From a virus (lineage: Duplodnaviria; Caudoviricetes): DNA of 52,178 bases. The translations under genes were made by a program, and so were the position numbers. Shown one piece after another: positions 9,019 through 18,594 of the stretch. The stretch covers positions 1 through 52,178 of the IMG/VR virus record IMGVR_UViG_3300014168_000005. The stretch is one strand, 5' to 3'. Below the pieces are notes generated by a model that made no database searches, had not been told where the DNA came from, and saw nothing but the letters and a program-made list of their open reading frames with translations. Position 1 is the stretch's first letter; the number at the start of each line of letters is the position of its first letter.

Positions 9019-10413
9019 TTACTGGGTGACCAGGTCGGTGACCGTGAGGTTGAAGAAGATCTGTTGGAATCCGCGCTTGACCAGTTGCACGACTGTCAAG
9101 CCGTTGTAGATGCCGGCCTTGTAGTGGCTCGGGTTCTCCTCCAGATAGGTGATCCACGGCACCGCATTCACGACGCACGAGTTTTCGTAGAGCCCGGCAT
9201 CGAGGTTCGCTTGGAACGTGGGCCCGTCGAGCGCGGTCCGGAGCACAGCGCCCTGGGCGAGGTTGAACGAAACCGCGGACTCCATGACACCGACCAGCCG
9301 GTCCTGTAATCGATCGATGCCGTTCTGGTCATACCAGAGTGGGTTGGGGCCGCCCTGTGCGCCGTTAATGACTTCGTTCGCCAAAGCTTGTGCGCCGTTC
9401 AACTGTGTCCAGTTGACAGAGTACCGGTACGTGAAGTCATTGCCGTCCAACATTTTGCCAGGCGTGATGAGGGCAGTGCTGATGCCGCCCTCCGCGCCAG
9501 TACCCACATAGTTGATGTTGGCGGTGCGCAGGGTCGTCAGAAGCGCGTTGTTATTGAGCTGCGGGTATGGTGTGGCTCCGAACAGAAACGCATTCGCAAA
9601 AGGCGACATCCGGTTTGACGAAGACGGGTTGTAGGCCAGCGAGCGCTGAAAATCGGCAGCCAGTGAAAACTCGGTCAACGGGATTCCGGGAGCCTCAACG
9701 GCCGCGAACACATCCGACATCTGCGCGGTATAGCCACTGCTGTATGTATTGATAGTTGTCGTGGTGAAGAAGCTAATCATCTTGGTGGGCGCTTCGTACT
9801 GCGCGACCAGCGCTAGATAGTTCGAAGCCCCATCCCAAGATCGCGGTACGAGGTAGCTGATAAAGGAGAACTGCCCGGGCCCAATCGGGTTGGCCACGAT
9901 CCAGTCGCCGAGCGCGGTCGGGCCGGTGCTGGCATCGCCAGCGCCCAACTCCAGCACGTAGACGGCTTGGTTAAAGCCTTCGGCGAAGTAACTGTCCACC
10001 ATCGATAGCAGTTCGCCCTGTCCAGGCGGCGTGTAGGTGCCGGGGACAGTCTCGGCGCCGGGGTTGGTCGCCAGCGGATACGTGAACGTGCTCGCGCCGG
10101 TCACGGTGGCGAGCACGAGACCATTGTAAGCGCTGGGGGTTGCGCCCCCGATCCTGGTCACGAACTTGTCGCCCGTGCTCAACCCCGGAATCGCAACTGA
10201 GGTTGTGGCAAGGACCGTGCCGCTGCTCCATGCCAGGGAAGCGATGGCTAGGGGCGCCGCCAGCAGTGGAGTGAGATCGCTCTCCTGAGTCAACAGAGAA
10301 TACGAATTTGCCGCTAGCGTTGTCGCGCCCTGACTCACCAATGCGCCTGTTTGCAGGAGCGTGATAGGCGCAGGAGCGACTGTCTCGAAGACATTGGTGA
10401 CCACGATCGTCAT
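9019..10413 (-). CDS. Tail sheath protein (DUF3383-like)
   Basis: 464 aa; NINYVGTGAEGG, GKMLDGNDF.Y.YSVNW and PLWYDQNGIDRL motifs. Confidence 0.8.
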   Translation of the reverse strand: MTIVVTNVFETVAPAPITLLQTGALVSQGATTLAANSYSLLTQESDLTPLLAAPLAIASLAWSSGTVLATTSVAIPGLSTGDKFVTRIGGATPSAYNGLVLATVTGASTFTYPLATNPGAETVPGTYTPPGQGELLSMVDSYFAEGFNQAVYVLELGAGDASTGPTALGDWIVANPIGPGQFSFISYLVPRSWDGASNYLALVAQYEAPTKMISFFTTTTINTYSSGYTAQMSDVFAAVEAPGIPLTEFSLAADFQRSLAYNPSSSNRMSPFANAFLFGATPYPQLNNNALLTTLRTANINYVGTGAEGGISTALITPGKMLDGNDFTYRYSVNWTQLNGAQALANEVINGAQGGPNPLWYDQNGIDRLQDRLVGVMESAVSFNLAQGAVLRTALDGPTFQANLDAGLYENSCVVNAVPWITYLEENPSHYKAGIYNGLTVVQLVKRGFQQIFFNLTVTDLVTQ

Positions 10414-10443
10414 AGATACGGAGCTCCTGGAGACAAAGGCGCG

Positions 10444-10767
10444 CTACGGCGCAAGCAGCAGTGTGAGATTGGTCAGATTAGCCACGGCGCCGGCAGAGTT
10501 AGCGACCTGAACCGTCACCGAACCACAGGGAATCCCATCGTTCCATGACACGGCATTGGGCGCATTGGCCACCAGCGCGACAGTGATAACAGCACCGATC
10601 GGGACCAGTCCCGCGGCATCGATGTACCGCTGCACATTGAGAGTGGCGGCGTGATCACTTTGAATGCCGACGGCGCCGCGCGTCAGGCCGCCGGTGACCA
10701 CCGGGTTAGACGTGAGTGTCTGACTCGCATTCAACTGCGCCGGCAAGCCGGTTACGGGGCGATACAT
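10444..10767 (-). CDS. Small beta-rich putative virion accessory protein
   Basis: 107-aa ORF in tight operon spacing. Confidence 0.55.
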   Translation of the reverse strand: MYRPVTGLPAQLNASQTLTSNPVVTGGLTRGAVGIQSDHAATLNVQRYIDAAGLVPIGAVITVALVANAPNAVSWNDGIPCGSVTVQVANSAGAVANLTNLTLLLAP

Positions 10768-10773
10768 GGGCGC

Positions 10774-11181
10774 TCAGTCGTACGAAGCTGACAGGACCAG
10801 TGCGGTCGGCCACGTGCCCGACACCGTGATACACGCTGCGAACGGCGCATCAATCGTAATCACTGCGCCGGCCGTGAGCGCCGTATTGGGGATCGCGGCC
10901 ACCTGGTTGCCGATGGCCGGCGTACCACCTGAGCAGACATCACTCAGAATCAATGTGCCGGCACTGGCCGCGGTCTGCACAAATAACCGCCGGAGCTTTC
11001 CCGGTGCCGCTTTGATCTGACCGATGGCCGTGATGTTGAACGCCATCCGACTTCCGCCCGGGTTCGACGTGAACGTCGCGATGGGATTCTGGCCAGCCTC
11101 GACTGCCGGGGCCGTGGCCAACGCCAGCGCCACAAGGGCCATCGCCGAAAAGCGAGAAAAATGACTGATCGTCAAGCGCAT
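10774..11181 (-). CDS. Small beta-rich protein with a predicted signal peptide
   Basis: AGGAG RBS before ATG at 11181; MRLTISHFSRFSAMALVALALATAPAVEA-G; two Cys. Confidence 0.6.
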   Translation of the reverse strand: MRLTISHFSRFSAMALVALALATAPAVEAGQNPIATFTSNPGGSRMAFNITAIGQIKAAPGKLRRLFVQTAASAGTLILSDVCSGGTPAIGNQVAAIPNTALTAGAVITIDAPFAACITVSGTWPTALVLSASYD

Positions 11182-11220
11182 GAAATTGCTCCTATTCAAA
11201 ATGTCGTTGGGCCACGCAGG

Positions 11221-13188
11221 TTACGCCCCTACAATCTGTCCTCTCGACAGCAGCACGTTGTAGTTAGGGGGTGTAGCTCCGGCGTTGGCGCCGTTGGCGT
11301 ATCCAACTACCTGTGTATCCGTGGGTCCGGTGGCGGAAACCACTCTCCCCGCTGTAACCGTGCTTCTCTTGACCCATTTTGTGCCGGTTGGAGTAGCTTC
11401 CTCGGCGTTGATGGTGACGCTGCCGGTATGGCAAACCAGTACAAAAGCCCCTGCCGTAACCAGACTCGAATGCATCGCTGCACCCAGTACCGGATTGGAA
11501 ATCGTCGTTGTCCCTTGGACGCAGCGGTTTCCGAGGAATTCCAATAGGTCCCACTGGTTGATCGTTGCGGTGTTGCTTCTCCATGCATTTCCTTTTCGAG
11601 CGGTGAGGCTATCCTCCCACTCAAAGGTGATCGCATTGTTCAGTGCAATCGTCGGGTCGCAGAAATATTTCCCACCTTGGAGCGCCGAGAACATCGCGGT
11701 CATGTCCGTATAGATCTGGAAGCCCTGCACCGCGTCGGTTTGGAACAAACCAATATCAGCCGGAATGAAGTTGGTAAACCCACGAACCGTAAAGGTCTTC
11801 AGAGACGCGGCGACGATCGCGTAGTTACCGTTGCGACTCTGCGTCGTGTCACGCTGGCCGCTATTAAATGACCAGTAGCAGGAGGACATATCCACCTGCT
11901 GCCATCGGAAATTGCGAGTTCCAGCGCCGCCGGTTGCCGCCTGTGCGTTGTCGTCACCGATGAACGAGTTGCCCAAGTTTTCGAACAAGCACTTCTCAAA
12001 CTGAGTGCTGGTGACATGAGTCGAGCTGTCAGCCGTCGTCCCCTGTGTAGCCGCCTCATTCAAGAAGGCGTAAGGAGACGTACCTAAGTAGCACCCCTCA
12101 AACTTGGCGCCCATATAACCGCGAGTGCCGATGCAGCAAGCCGCCCGGGCGGAGTTACCGAAGGAACACTTCGAAAAGAGCAGATCGCCGTAGAGCGAGG
12201 CGGACTTCCATGGGAAATACAAGTCGTAGAAGCAATTCTCGACCACCACGTCCTTGAATGAAGTCCAGTCTCCGACGATGTCCAGGCCCGCATAGAAGCC
12301 CATGATATGGACACGGTTCATGAACCGCCGCGCACCCCAGGCGAGTCCCGACAGGTTCGCGTTGACGGTGCCTTTGACGATGGTGAGGTTCGGACCCACC
12401 ATCCCGAAGTCTTCGAGGTAGCCGAAGTACTGGTTATTGCCGTAACGGCCGCCCGTGAGGGGCGTTGCAAAGGACGACGCTTGCGGCCCGCATGACATGG
12501 CGAACAGCGATCCATTCGCGCCGGAGTCCGACGGCCATTTCAGAATGGTGGCATTCGCGCCGTCACCCTTGATGTTGACCTGGCCGCCCGGGGTTCCGGT
12601 GGTCAGGAAATTTACGGGGAGCTGGATGTTTCCTTGGCTGCTCGCGTTGTTCATGATGTAGATCCCTTTCGGGATGTACACCGTGCCACCACCTGCGGCG
12701 GTGGCGACTTCAATCGCCCGTCGCACCGCGTTGTAGTCAATTTCTTCGGTCAGACTCAGGGCGCTCGGATACAGAAGCCCCTGAATCACGCCCAGTGTCA
12801 AACCCAATGTTGACAGCGGGCGCGCGGTTCCGTCGCCGACGGCTCCAAACGCCTGGACGTTGTAAGTCAGCCCCAGCGGCACCCACCCGATACCGGTGTT
12901 GACCGCGGCACCGAGGTCACTCGTGTAAGCCTGCAAACCTGCAGTGTTGGAGGCTGCTGGTTTTGCCGTACGAAGTGCAGCGATAGTATTGAAGCTGCCT
13001 GCGTTCGGAACGGAATTGGCCGCAGATGGAGACGTAACCCATTGCGTCCCATTGGCGTAGACGAGCCCTTGATCGGATGTCAGTGCAAACGCGATCTTGC
13101 CTACCAGCGCCGGCGGATGGGCGGCCGTGAGTGCCGCCAGTGATGAGAACTTTCCCAAAAACGGCACTGATGTGGGATTTTGACTCAT
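11221..13188 (-). CDS. Pectate-lyase-like beta-helix depolymerase/spike with a possible capsid-cement-like C-terminal domain
   Basis: YNVQAFGAVGDG, GGGTVYIPKGIY and IKGDGANATIL motifs; Asn/Cys ladder pattern. Confidence 0.75.
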   Translation of the reverse strand: MSQNPTSVPFLGKFSSLAALTAAHPPALVGKIAFALTSDQGLVYANGTQWVTSPSAANSVPNAGSFNTIAALRTAKPAASNTAGLQAYTSDLGAAVNTGIGWVPLGLTYNVQAFGAVGDGTARPLSTLGLTLGVIQGLLYPSALSLTEEIDYNAVRRAIEVATAAGGGTVYIPKGIYIMNNASSQGNIQLPVNFLTTGTPGGQVNIKGDGANATILKWPSDSGANGSLFAMSCGPQASSFATPLTGGRYGNNQYFGYLEDFGMVGPNLTIVKGTVNANLSGLAWGARRFMNRVHIMGFYAGLDIVGDWTSFKDVVVENCFYDLYFPWKSASLYGDLLFSKCSFGNSARAACCIGTRGYMGAKFEGCYLGTSPYAFLNEAATQGTTADSSTHVTSTQFEKCLFENLGNSFIGDDNAQAATGGAGTRNFRWQQVDMSSCYWSFNSGQRDTTQSRNGNYAIVAASLKTFTVRGFTNFIPADIGLFQTDAVQGFQIYTDMTAMFSALQGGKYFCDPTIALNNAITFEWEDSLTARKGNAWRSNTATINQWDLLEFLGNRCVQGTTTISNPVLGAAMHSSLVTAGAFVLVCHTGSVTINAEEATPTGTKWVKRSTVTAGRVVSATGPTDTQVVGYANGANAGATPPNYNVLLSRGQIVGA

Positions 13189-13197
13189 CTACTTTGC

Positions 13198-14172
13198 CTA
13201 GCCTTGGAAGATAAATGTTTGCATCGCGGAGGTGATCAGCTGACGCGCGATCTCATTCACGCGCGCCTGGTTGTAGGAGACATCGACTTCAATGACCTTT
13301 TTCATTGCCCGTGCCCGGAGTTCAGACTGTGTGCGGACGGCGTCCCGGGGCGGTGTCATGTTGACGATCCCGAAGTTACTCGACATCAGGCTGTACTGAT
13401 TGATCGTGTCCATGAAGTCGAGAGCGACATTGTTCTGCAGCCCGTAGAGCGTGATGCGCACGTGGTCCTGGCAGAGCTGCCAGTGACTGCGGTTGCGATC
13501 TAGGTATGGCGCCGCCTGCTGACTCGTGGTGTCGTTATCGCCGATGTGGACCGAGCCATACGGCGGGATTTCGTTCTCATCGACAATGAACGACGGGTAC
13601 AGCACCGGAGGCTTGACGCGAAACGGAACGCCGGTGTTGGAGAAGCCATCGTAAAACGGCGACTTGTAATCGTTGAGCGCCATCCACAGCGGAAGGCTGT
13701 TGCAAACGACTGCCTGATTGACGTCGATTTGATCTGCGCTGGAGATGAGCTGCGTGCTCAGCGCCGGTTGTACGGAATGACCGAAGTAGTGCCAGAGCCC
13801 TGCCTGGGTGTAGAAGCCCTGCTGCTGGGAGAACGCAAACTGGAACCCGTCGGCTTCCGCTACGAAAAGCGTGTTAATCGGAGCACTGACGAAATCCGGC
13901 ACCTGCTCTTCCGCCGTGAACTGCACGGTCGCGAGGCCCTGGGTCTCGTCTTCGTTCTGTTGAATGACCTGGCCGTAATGCAGCGATCCTTTTACATCGA
14001 TCGTATGCGCCTTGACCCAGTAGACCCACTTGTCGAGCGGCAGCACTGCGCGCGTGTACTGGGTGAACGTGACGACTTGTTTGAGGTCAACTTGCTCGAG
14101 GCCGTCCCGCAACGCGCTTTTGAGCATCGTCGGGTTACTGGTCTCGGAGATCTGCGCCACTAGTCCACCCAA
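13198..14172 (-). CDS. Head closure / tail terminator-type neck protein
   Basis: Position in the neck cluster; VLPLDKWVYWV...KGSLHY motif. Confidence 0.5.
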   Translation of the reverse strand: MGGLVAQISETSNPTMLKSALRDGLEQVDLKQVVTFTQYTRAVLPLDKWVYWVKAHTIDVKGSLHYGQVIQQNEDETQGLATVQFTAEEQVPDFVSAPINTLFVAEADGFQFAFSQQQGFYTQAGLWHYFGHSVQPALSTQLISSADQIDVNQAVVCNSLPLWMALNDYKSPFYDGFSNTGVPFRVKPPVLYPSFIVDENEIPPYGSVHIGDNDTTSQQAAPYLDRNRSHWQLCQDHVRITLYGLQNNVALDFMDTINQYSLMSSNFGIVNMTPPRDAVRTQSELRARAMKKVIEVDVSYNQARVNEIARQLITSAMQTFIFQG

Positions 14173-14654
14173 CCGCGGAAGCTGTTCATATAGAGCCCGG
14201 TGTCACGAAAGCTGGGCCGCCTCGGATTGCTCTTGCGATACGGATGTTTGAGCCGGTGATTGACGCCACGGAGAGCCGCCTGAGTCGGCGTGCCGGGGAT
14301 ACCGACTTGCTCCGCCTCCTTGGACGCGATGAAGTCCCGGAACTTCTCCTGAATGATCTGCATCCCGCGGCCCCACGGATCCACGGCGCGGCCCATCATC
14401 AGCGACTCCATGGCGCCGCCAAGGGAGACTTCGAGCGCGGCCGCGATATCGGACTCGTGGACGATGACGAAGGCGCCGATGACGCCGTACTTCGCTTCCA
14501 GGATCTCGGCGACATCGCCGGTGGTCATTGCACCCGCTTTTGCGCTGGCTGCTCGATACGGTTGAACCAGGACACCGAGGTGCAGCGTCAGCCGGCGAGT
14601 GACAATGACGTCGGCTCGGCCGCCCGCGTCATAGCCACTGTCGTCCGGTGACAC
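14160..14654 (-). CDS. Neck/tail completion protein (HK97 gp10-like)
   Basis: VAEILEAKY and RPSFRDTGLY motifs. Confidence 0.55.
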   Translation of the reverse strand: MSPDDSGYDAGGRADVIVTRRLTLHLGVLVQPYRAASAKAGAMTTGDVAEILEAKYGVIGAFVIVHESDIAAALEVSLGGAMESLMMGRAVDPWGRGMQIIQEKFRDFIASKEAEQVGIPGTPTQAALRGVNHRLKHPYRKSNPRRPSFRDTGLYMNSFRGWVD

Positions 14655-15314
14655 TCAGGAGATCCCCCAGATCGACAGCCCGTATTTCTGGGCAATGCCC
14701 ATATAGCGGCGACCCCATTCGGTCTTGAGCGTCTCCAGGTCCTGAAGCGTGAATAGCTTCATTTGCTCCGGATTCAGGTAGCTCATGGACGTCTCGCCAT
14801 TGCTGGCGGACGCGACCACACCGACCCGCGCATCCGCGAGTCGGAACTCCTTGCGCTTATCGATGAACCAGGTCTGACCGGGCTGGTCGACTGCGTAGTT
14901 GATGAGTCGATCAGTCGCTAAGTTGTAGACCGCCAGTCCGTACATCATTGCTGATGCACAGGCGAGAGCCGGATTCACGATCTCCAAAGCGATCGACAGG
15001 CTCATCGGAACGACTTGCGGGGTAATCAGATACTCATCACCGGCGATGACCGGCGCACTCAGGCTATCGACAAAACTCAGTGTGTCGGTCGAGCTGGTCG
15101 CAACATCGGTGCTGAGTCCCTGCGTGAGGTCAGTGACTGTGTACCCGTCCCATTGATCGGGGTTCCAGTTCTGGGTGGAGTCGACGAGATACGCAGTCGT
15201 ACCATCCGTGGCAGTACCGAGCAGCGTCGGCAGAAACTCAATCGGAATTCCGACAACGCCGGAGAGAAAGGACACATAGTCGGTCAGATTCGGCGTCGTC
15301 GGAGTCGCAGCCAC
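14655..15314 (-). CDS. Head-tail adaptor (DUF4054-like) with an inserted domain
   Basis: YGLAVYNLA, GVVASAS.GETS and KTEWGRRY motifs. Confidence 0.65.
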   Translation of the reverse strand: MAATPTTPNLTDYVSFLSGVVGIPIEFLPTLLGTATDGTTAYLVDSTQNWNPDQWDGYTVTDLTQGLSTDVATSSTDTLSFVDSLSAPVIAGDEYLITPQVVPMSLSIALEIVNPALACASAMMYGLAVYNLATDRLINYAVDQPGQTWFIDKRKEFRLADARVGVVASASNGETSMSYLNPEQMKLFTLQDLETLKTEWGRRYMGIAQKYGLSIWGIS

Positions 15315-15323
15315 GCTGGGTTA

Positions 15324-15839
15324 TCAGCGCGACCGCTTGCGCTGCTCAACGTTCAGTGGATCGGCCGGTACCTCAACGCCCGAAGCAACGCTTCGAGTGC
15401 CGTCAGTTTCCTCAGTTACTTCCAGCTGCAGGCTTTTTGGACGTACATTTTCCTTGTCCATCCCTGTCAGGTTGTGCAACTGAGTGGCGACATTGTCGCT
15501 GATGGCGGCCGCCTGAACCTCGCGACGCTGCTGCGCCTCTTTCGCCAGATCCTTGTCGTTGAGCTCGAACGAAGCCAGCATCTGATCAATGTCCACCGGC
15601 TTGTCGATGCTGTAAACCAGGCCGGCGAAGTCTCGTCGCCGAGACAGCTCTGCCGCATCCATGATCCCGTACTTTTCATGCTGTTTGACGATTGCCCGGG
15701 CCTCCTCAATCGTGATGTCTGAGATCGGGATCTGCTGACCGCGCTTGATCTCACGCATCGCCGGATTACTCATCTCGCGATGACGATAGACAAACACGTG
15801 ATTCTGCTTCGTCGTATTGGCTATGTAGAGAGTCGCCAT
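15324..15839 (-). CDS. Hypothetical protein downstream of the capsid gene
   Basis: GGAG RBS; LYIANTTKQNH.F.YR and GLVYSIDKP. Confidence 0.55.
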   Translation of the reverse strand: MATLYIANTTKQNHVFVYRHREMSNPAMREIKRGQQIPISDITIEEARAIVKQHEKYGIMDAAELSRRRDFAGLVYSIDKPVDIDQMLASFELNDKDLAKEAQQRREVQAAAISDNVATQLHNLTGMDKENVRPKSLQLEVTEETDGTRSVASGVEVPADPLNVEQRKRSR

Positions 15840-15856
15840 TTCTTCTCCGGCTTTTC

Positions 15857-16879
15857 TTAGTACGGGCCGCTGAGGACAGTTACGGTCTCAGGACGAGTCA
15901 CCCACCCCGAGGTCGCGCGGATCTCTGTGAGGATGTGCGTGGCGCCGTTCGGCATCGGAGCTGGAATCTCCAACGGTGCCATTCGGTCCGCATACTGCAC
16001 CGTGCAGTCCCGGAAGCCGGGATTGAGCTTGGCGAAGTTGTTGGTGTCCCAACCTTCCTGCGTGTCGGGCTTCGCAATCTCGGGCATGTTGAAGATGATC
16101 GCGTCCGTACCACCGGCCCCCTGGCCGATGAGCGTGTCGTCGTATCCAAACTCGACGAAGTCGCCCATGTCCGCGAGGATCTTCTTGACCAACTCGCCAA
16201 TCACGGCCGAACCGCCGCCTGGGCGCTGGTACGACGTGAGTTGAACGATGCCGATCATCTCCCACAGTCCAATCACCCGTTGCGGGCCCAGCACCTCAAA
16301 TCGGGTCGGTCGACCCAATTGATACGTGCGGGTCTTCAGCGCCAGGAAGATGCCGAGCAGGAACAGCGCCATCGAGCCGTTGTCGTACGAGGAAAAGTTC
16401 TGATTGCCGAACGAATCCGCCGGCAACGTGATCGTCGTGATGCCGGTAGCATTCAGGATGCCCTCGCCGTTCTGCGGCTGCTCGCCGTAGATCGCCTTGC
16501 TGCGCAAGCCCTGATAATGGCCCTGGCCCATGGCCAAACGCTGGGCGTCCGGTAATGACACACCCCACGCAGCCATTGCAGCGATCTGGTGGTGATCGTA
16601 CTCGGCCACGATCTGCTGAAGGTATGTTGGCGCACTGGCCAGTCCTGTCGTGACCGAGCACGACGGCAACTGATTCGCGCCATGCGCACCGCTCGACACC
16701 GCAGTCTTCACGCCGAGAGAGCGCAGGTACACGGCCTTATCCTCGGCCCCCAAACGTACCCGCGGCGCTCCGCCTGCGAGCAGGTTCATGAAGTCGGACC
16801 GTTGATTCTGCTGGAGGAGAATCTCGCTCTCCATGTACGAAGGGTGGGTCATTGCCCACTGCGTTGCATCGGAACCCAT
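15857..16879 (-). CDS. Major capsid protein (HK97 fold, DUF2184-like)
   Basis: 340 aa after scaffold and decoration genes; IYG...NGEGILNA and R.TSGW..RPE motifs. Confidence 0.8.
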   Translation of the reverse strand: MGSDATQWAMTHPSYMESEILLQQNQRSDFMNLLAGGAPRVRLGAEDKAVYLRSLGVKTAVSSGAHGANQLPSCSVTTGLASAPTYLQQIVAEYDHHQIAAMAAWGVSLPDAQRLAMGQGHYQGLRSKAIYGEQPQNGEGILNATGITTITLPADSFGNQNFSSYDNGSMALFLLGIFLALKTRTYQLGRPTRFEVLGPQRVIGLWEMIGIVQLTSYQRPGGGSAVIGELVKKILADMGDFVEFGYDDTLIGQGAGGTDAIIFNMPEIAKPDTQEGWDTNNFAKLNPGFRDCTVQYADRMAPLEIPAPMPNGATHILTEIRATSGWVTRPETVTVLSGPY

Positions 16880-16931
16880 GAATGAATACCTCTATGAAAA
16901 GACTGAAGTGTTGGGATGGAGCGAGTGGCGA

Positions 16932-17609
16932 TCAGATCTTGAGGACGACGGCGTAGCCGCCCTCTTTCCAATTGGCGAATCCGGAGGCCAGAAATGCGGT
17001 CATGTCGACGACACGCGAGTCAGGGACTACCGGCAGCGAGTCCAGGGTCACTCCGGGCAGCGGCCCAATGATGTTGGCGCCCGCGGCGTTGGTGACCTGG
17101 AGGTTGACGGTGTCCCAGTACACAGACTGGACCAACTGAGCCGAGGCGAGCCATGCCGCCACGGCCCCTTGGGCTGCCTGAACGGGGATGCGGGCACCGG
17201 ATCCCGAGCGGTAGAAATTGATCGCGCCACCAGCCAGCGCAACGGGGACCCGACCTTGCGCCGTCTGGATCATGGCGGTCGCCTGGTTCAGGACCGAGAA
17301 CCCGGTAAAGCTGCCGGCGGCGCCTGCGTTGATATTCGCAGCCGGTGTCAGAATTGAGCCGAGGCCGGCCGCGGGCGGGGGGTTGCTGCCGAGGGGGCCA
17401 CCGGTTCCGACCGCCTTCCGCTCGTTGATGGCCTGGCCGCCAAACATGACCTGGGTCGCGGTCGGGTCGAGAATTCCCTTGCGCAACAACGTGCGAATGG
17501 CCGAATCATCTAGCGCATCGCCCTGGACGTAGCCGCCAGATGAGACGGCAAAGGTGTTTGCGAAGTTCGTCTGTAGAGCGGGATTCAGCGTGACGGCTGC
17601 AGCAACCAT
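16932..17609 (-). CDS. Head decoration/cement protein
   Basis: GGAG RBS before ATG at 17609; GYVQGDALDD and NFYRSGSGARIPV motifs; directly before the capsid gene. Confidence 0.65.
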   Translation of the reverse strand: MVAAAVTLNPALQTNFANTFAVSSGGYVQGDALDDSAIRTLLRKGILDPTATQVMFGGQAINERKAVGTGGPLGSNPPPAAGLGSILTPAANINAGAAGSFTGFSVLNQATAMIQTAQGRVPVALAGGAINFYRSGSGARIPVQAAQGAVAAWLASAQLVQSVYWDTVNLQVTNAAGANIIGPLPGVTLDSLPVVPDSRVVDMTAFLASGFANWKEGGYAVVLKI

Positions 17610-17640
17610 TGAAGTGTTCTCCAAAAAAGAGGGGGCGAAT

Positions 17641-17665
17641 AAAAAGCCGCCTCAGTGGGCGGCTT
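17641..17665 (-). terminator. Intrinsic terminator-like hairpin
   Basis: AAGCCGCC-cactga-GGCGGCTT followed by TTT on the minus strand. Confidence 0.65.
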
Positions 17666-17689
17666 GCTCGAGGGGAATACCGGGTCGGA

Positions 17690-18556
17690 TCAGTGTGTCT
17701 GCGGTTTGGTGATAAACCGGCCAGCGCGAACATCGCTCGGGAAACACTTGAACTGATTCCAGAACGCATCGTCGGCACCCACGAAGCTGATCGTCTTGCG
17801 GTCCGTGTGAGGATCACGGCTCTCGACCCGACGCAGGGTGTTAGGCGGCAGGTCCGTGGGATGACGAGCCTCTTCCATTGCATCCGCGTAGATCCGAGTC
17901 TCTGCGATGCCGAGCACGCTCTCGTCCACCTTGGCTAGGTCCTTGTCCTTCCAGTCGGGGCTATAGCGCTGGAAGCGGCTCAGTAGGCGACGCTGATAGT
18001 CGGCGAAGACCTCACCGTTCATCCATCGCGGGGCGCCAGCAGAGTCGCCGAATGCCTGAAACAACTTATCGGCCTTGCTCTGGGCGGCGACGAACCGTGG
18101 GCGGTCCTCATCCTTCAAAATCGCAGGCATCTGTCGTTCAACGGCAGCCAGGCGGTCCCGCAGTTCCTTGTTTTCCTTCTCCGCGGCATCGGCGCGAGCG
18201 GTAGCGTCGGCGCGCTCCTTGGCCTCCTGCCCTTCCGCATCCTTCCGGGCTTTGTCCTGACGCTCCTTCTCTTCGGCGTCCTTCCTGGCCTTGGCTTCAT
18301 CGTCCTCGGCATCTTTACGGGCCTTGTCGGCGCGCTCCTTCTCCTCTGCGTCCTTGCGAGCGGAATCGGCGCGTTCCTTTTCAAACGAGTCCATTTTCGC
18401 GCAGACGCTGTCGAGACGCTTCTCGCCGTCGTCCTGGCGCTTCAGGACCGAATCGAGTTTGCTGAGGACCGCATCGAGCTTTGCGCCATCGCCATCCTTT
18501 TCAGCATCATTTCGGGCGAGAACGGCATGTACTGCCTGACTGACCACGGTCTTCAT
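17690..18556 (-). CDS. Capsid scaffolding protein
   Basis: Charged coiled-coil with four ARKDAE repeats; between protease and capsid genes. Confidence 0.75.
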   Translation of the reverse strand: MKTVVSQAVHAVLARNDAEKDGDGAKLDAVLSKLDSVLKRQDDGEKRLDSVCAKMDSFEKERADSARKDAEEKERADKARKDAEDDEAKARKDAEEKERQDKARKDAEGQEAKERADATARADAAEKENKELRDRLAAVERQMPAILKDEDRPRFVAAQSKADKLFQAFGDSAGAPRWMNGEVFADYQRRLLSRFQRYSPDWKDKDLAKVDESVLGIAETRIYADAMEEARHPTDLPPNTLRRVESRDPHTDRKTISFVGADDAFWNQFKCFPSDVRAGRFITKPQTH

Positions 18557-18594
18557 ACCAATGAGCTCCTGTGAGGAAATCGTGTGTTTAACAG

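Noticed and set aside
17690-18556. ARKDAE repeats as a novel repeat protein
   Set aside because: Ordinary charged coiled-coil repeats of a scaffolding protein
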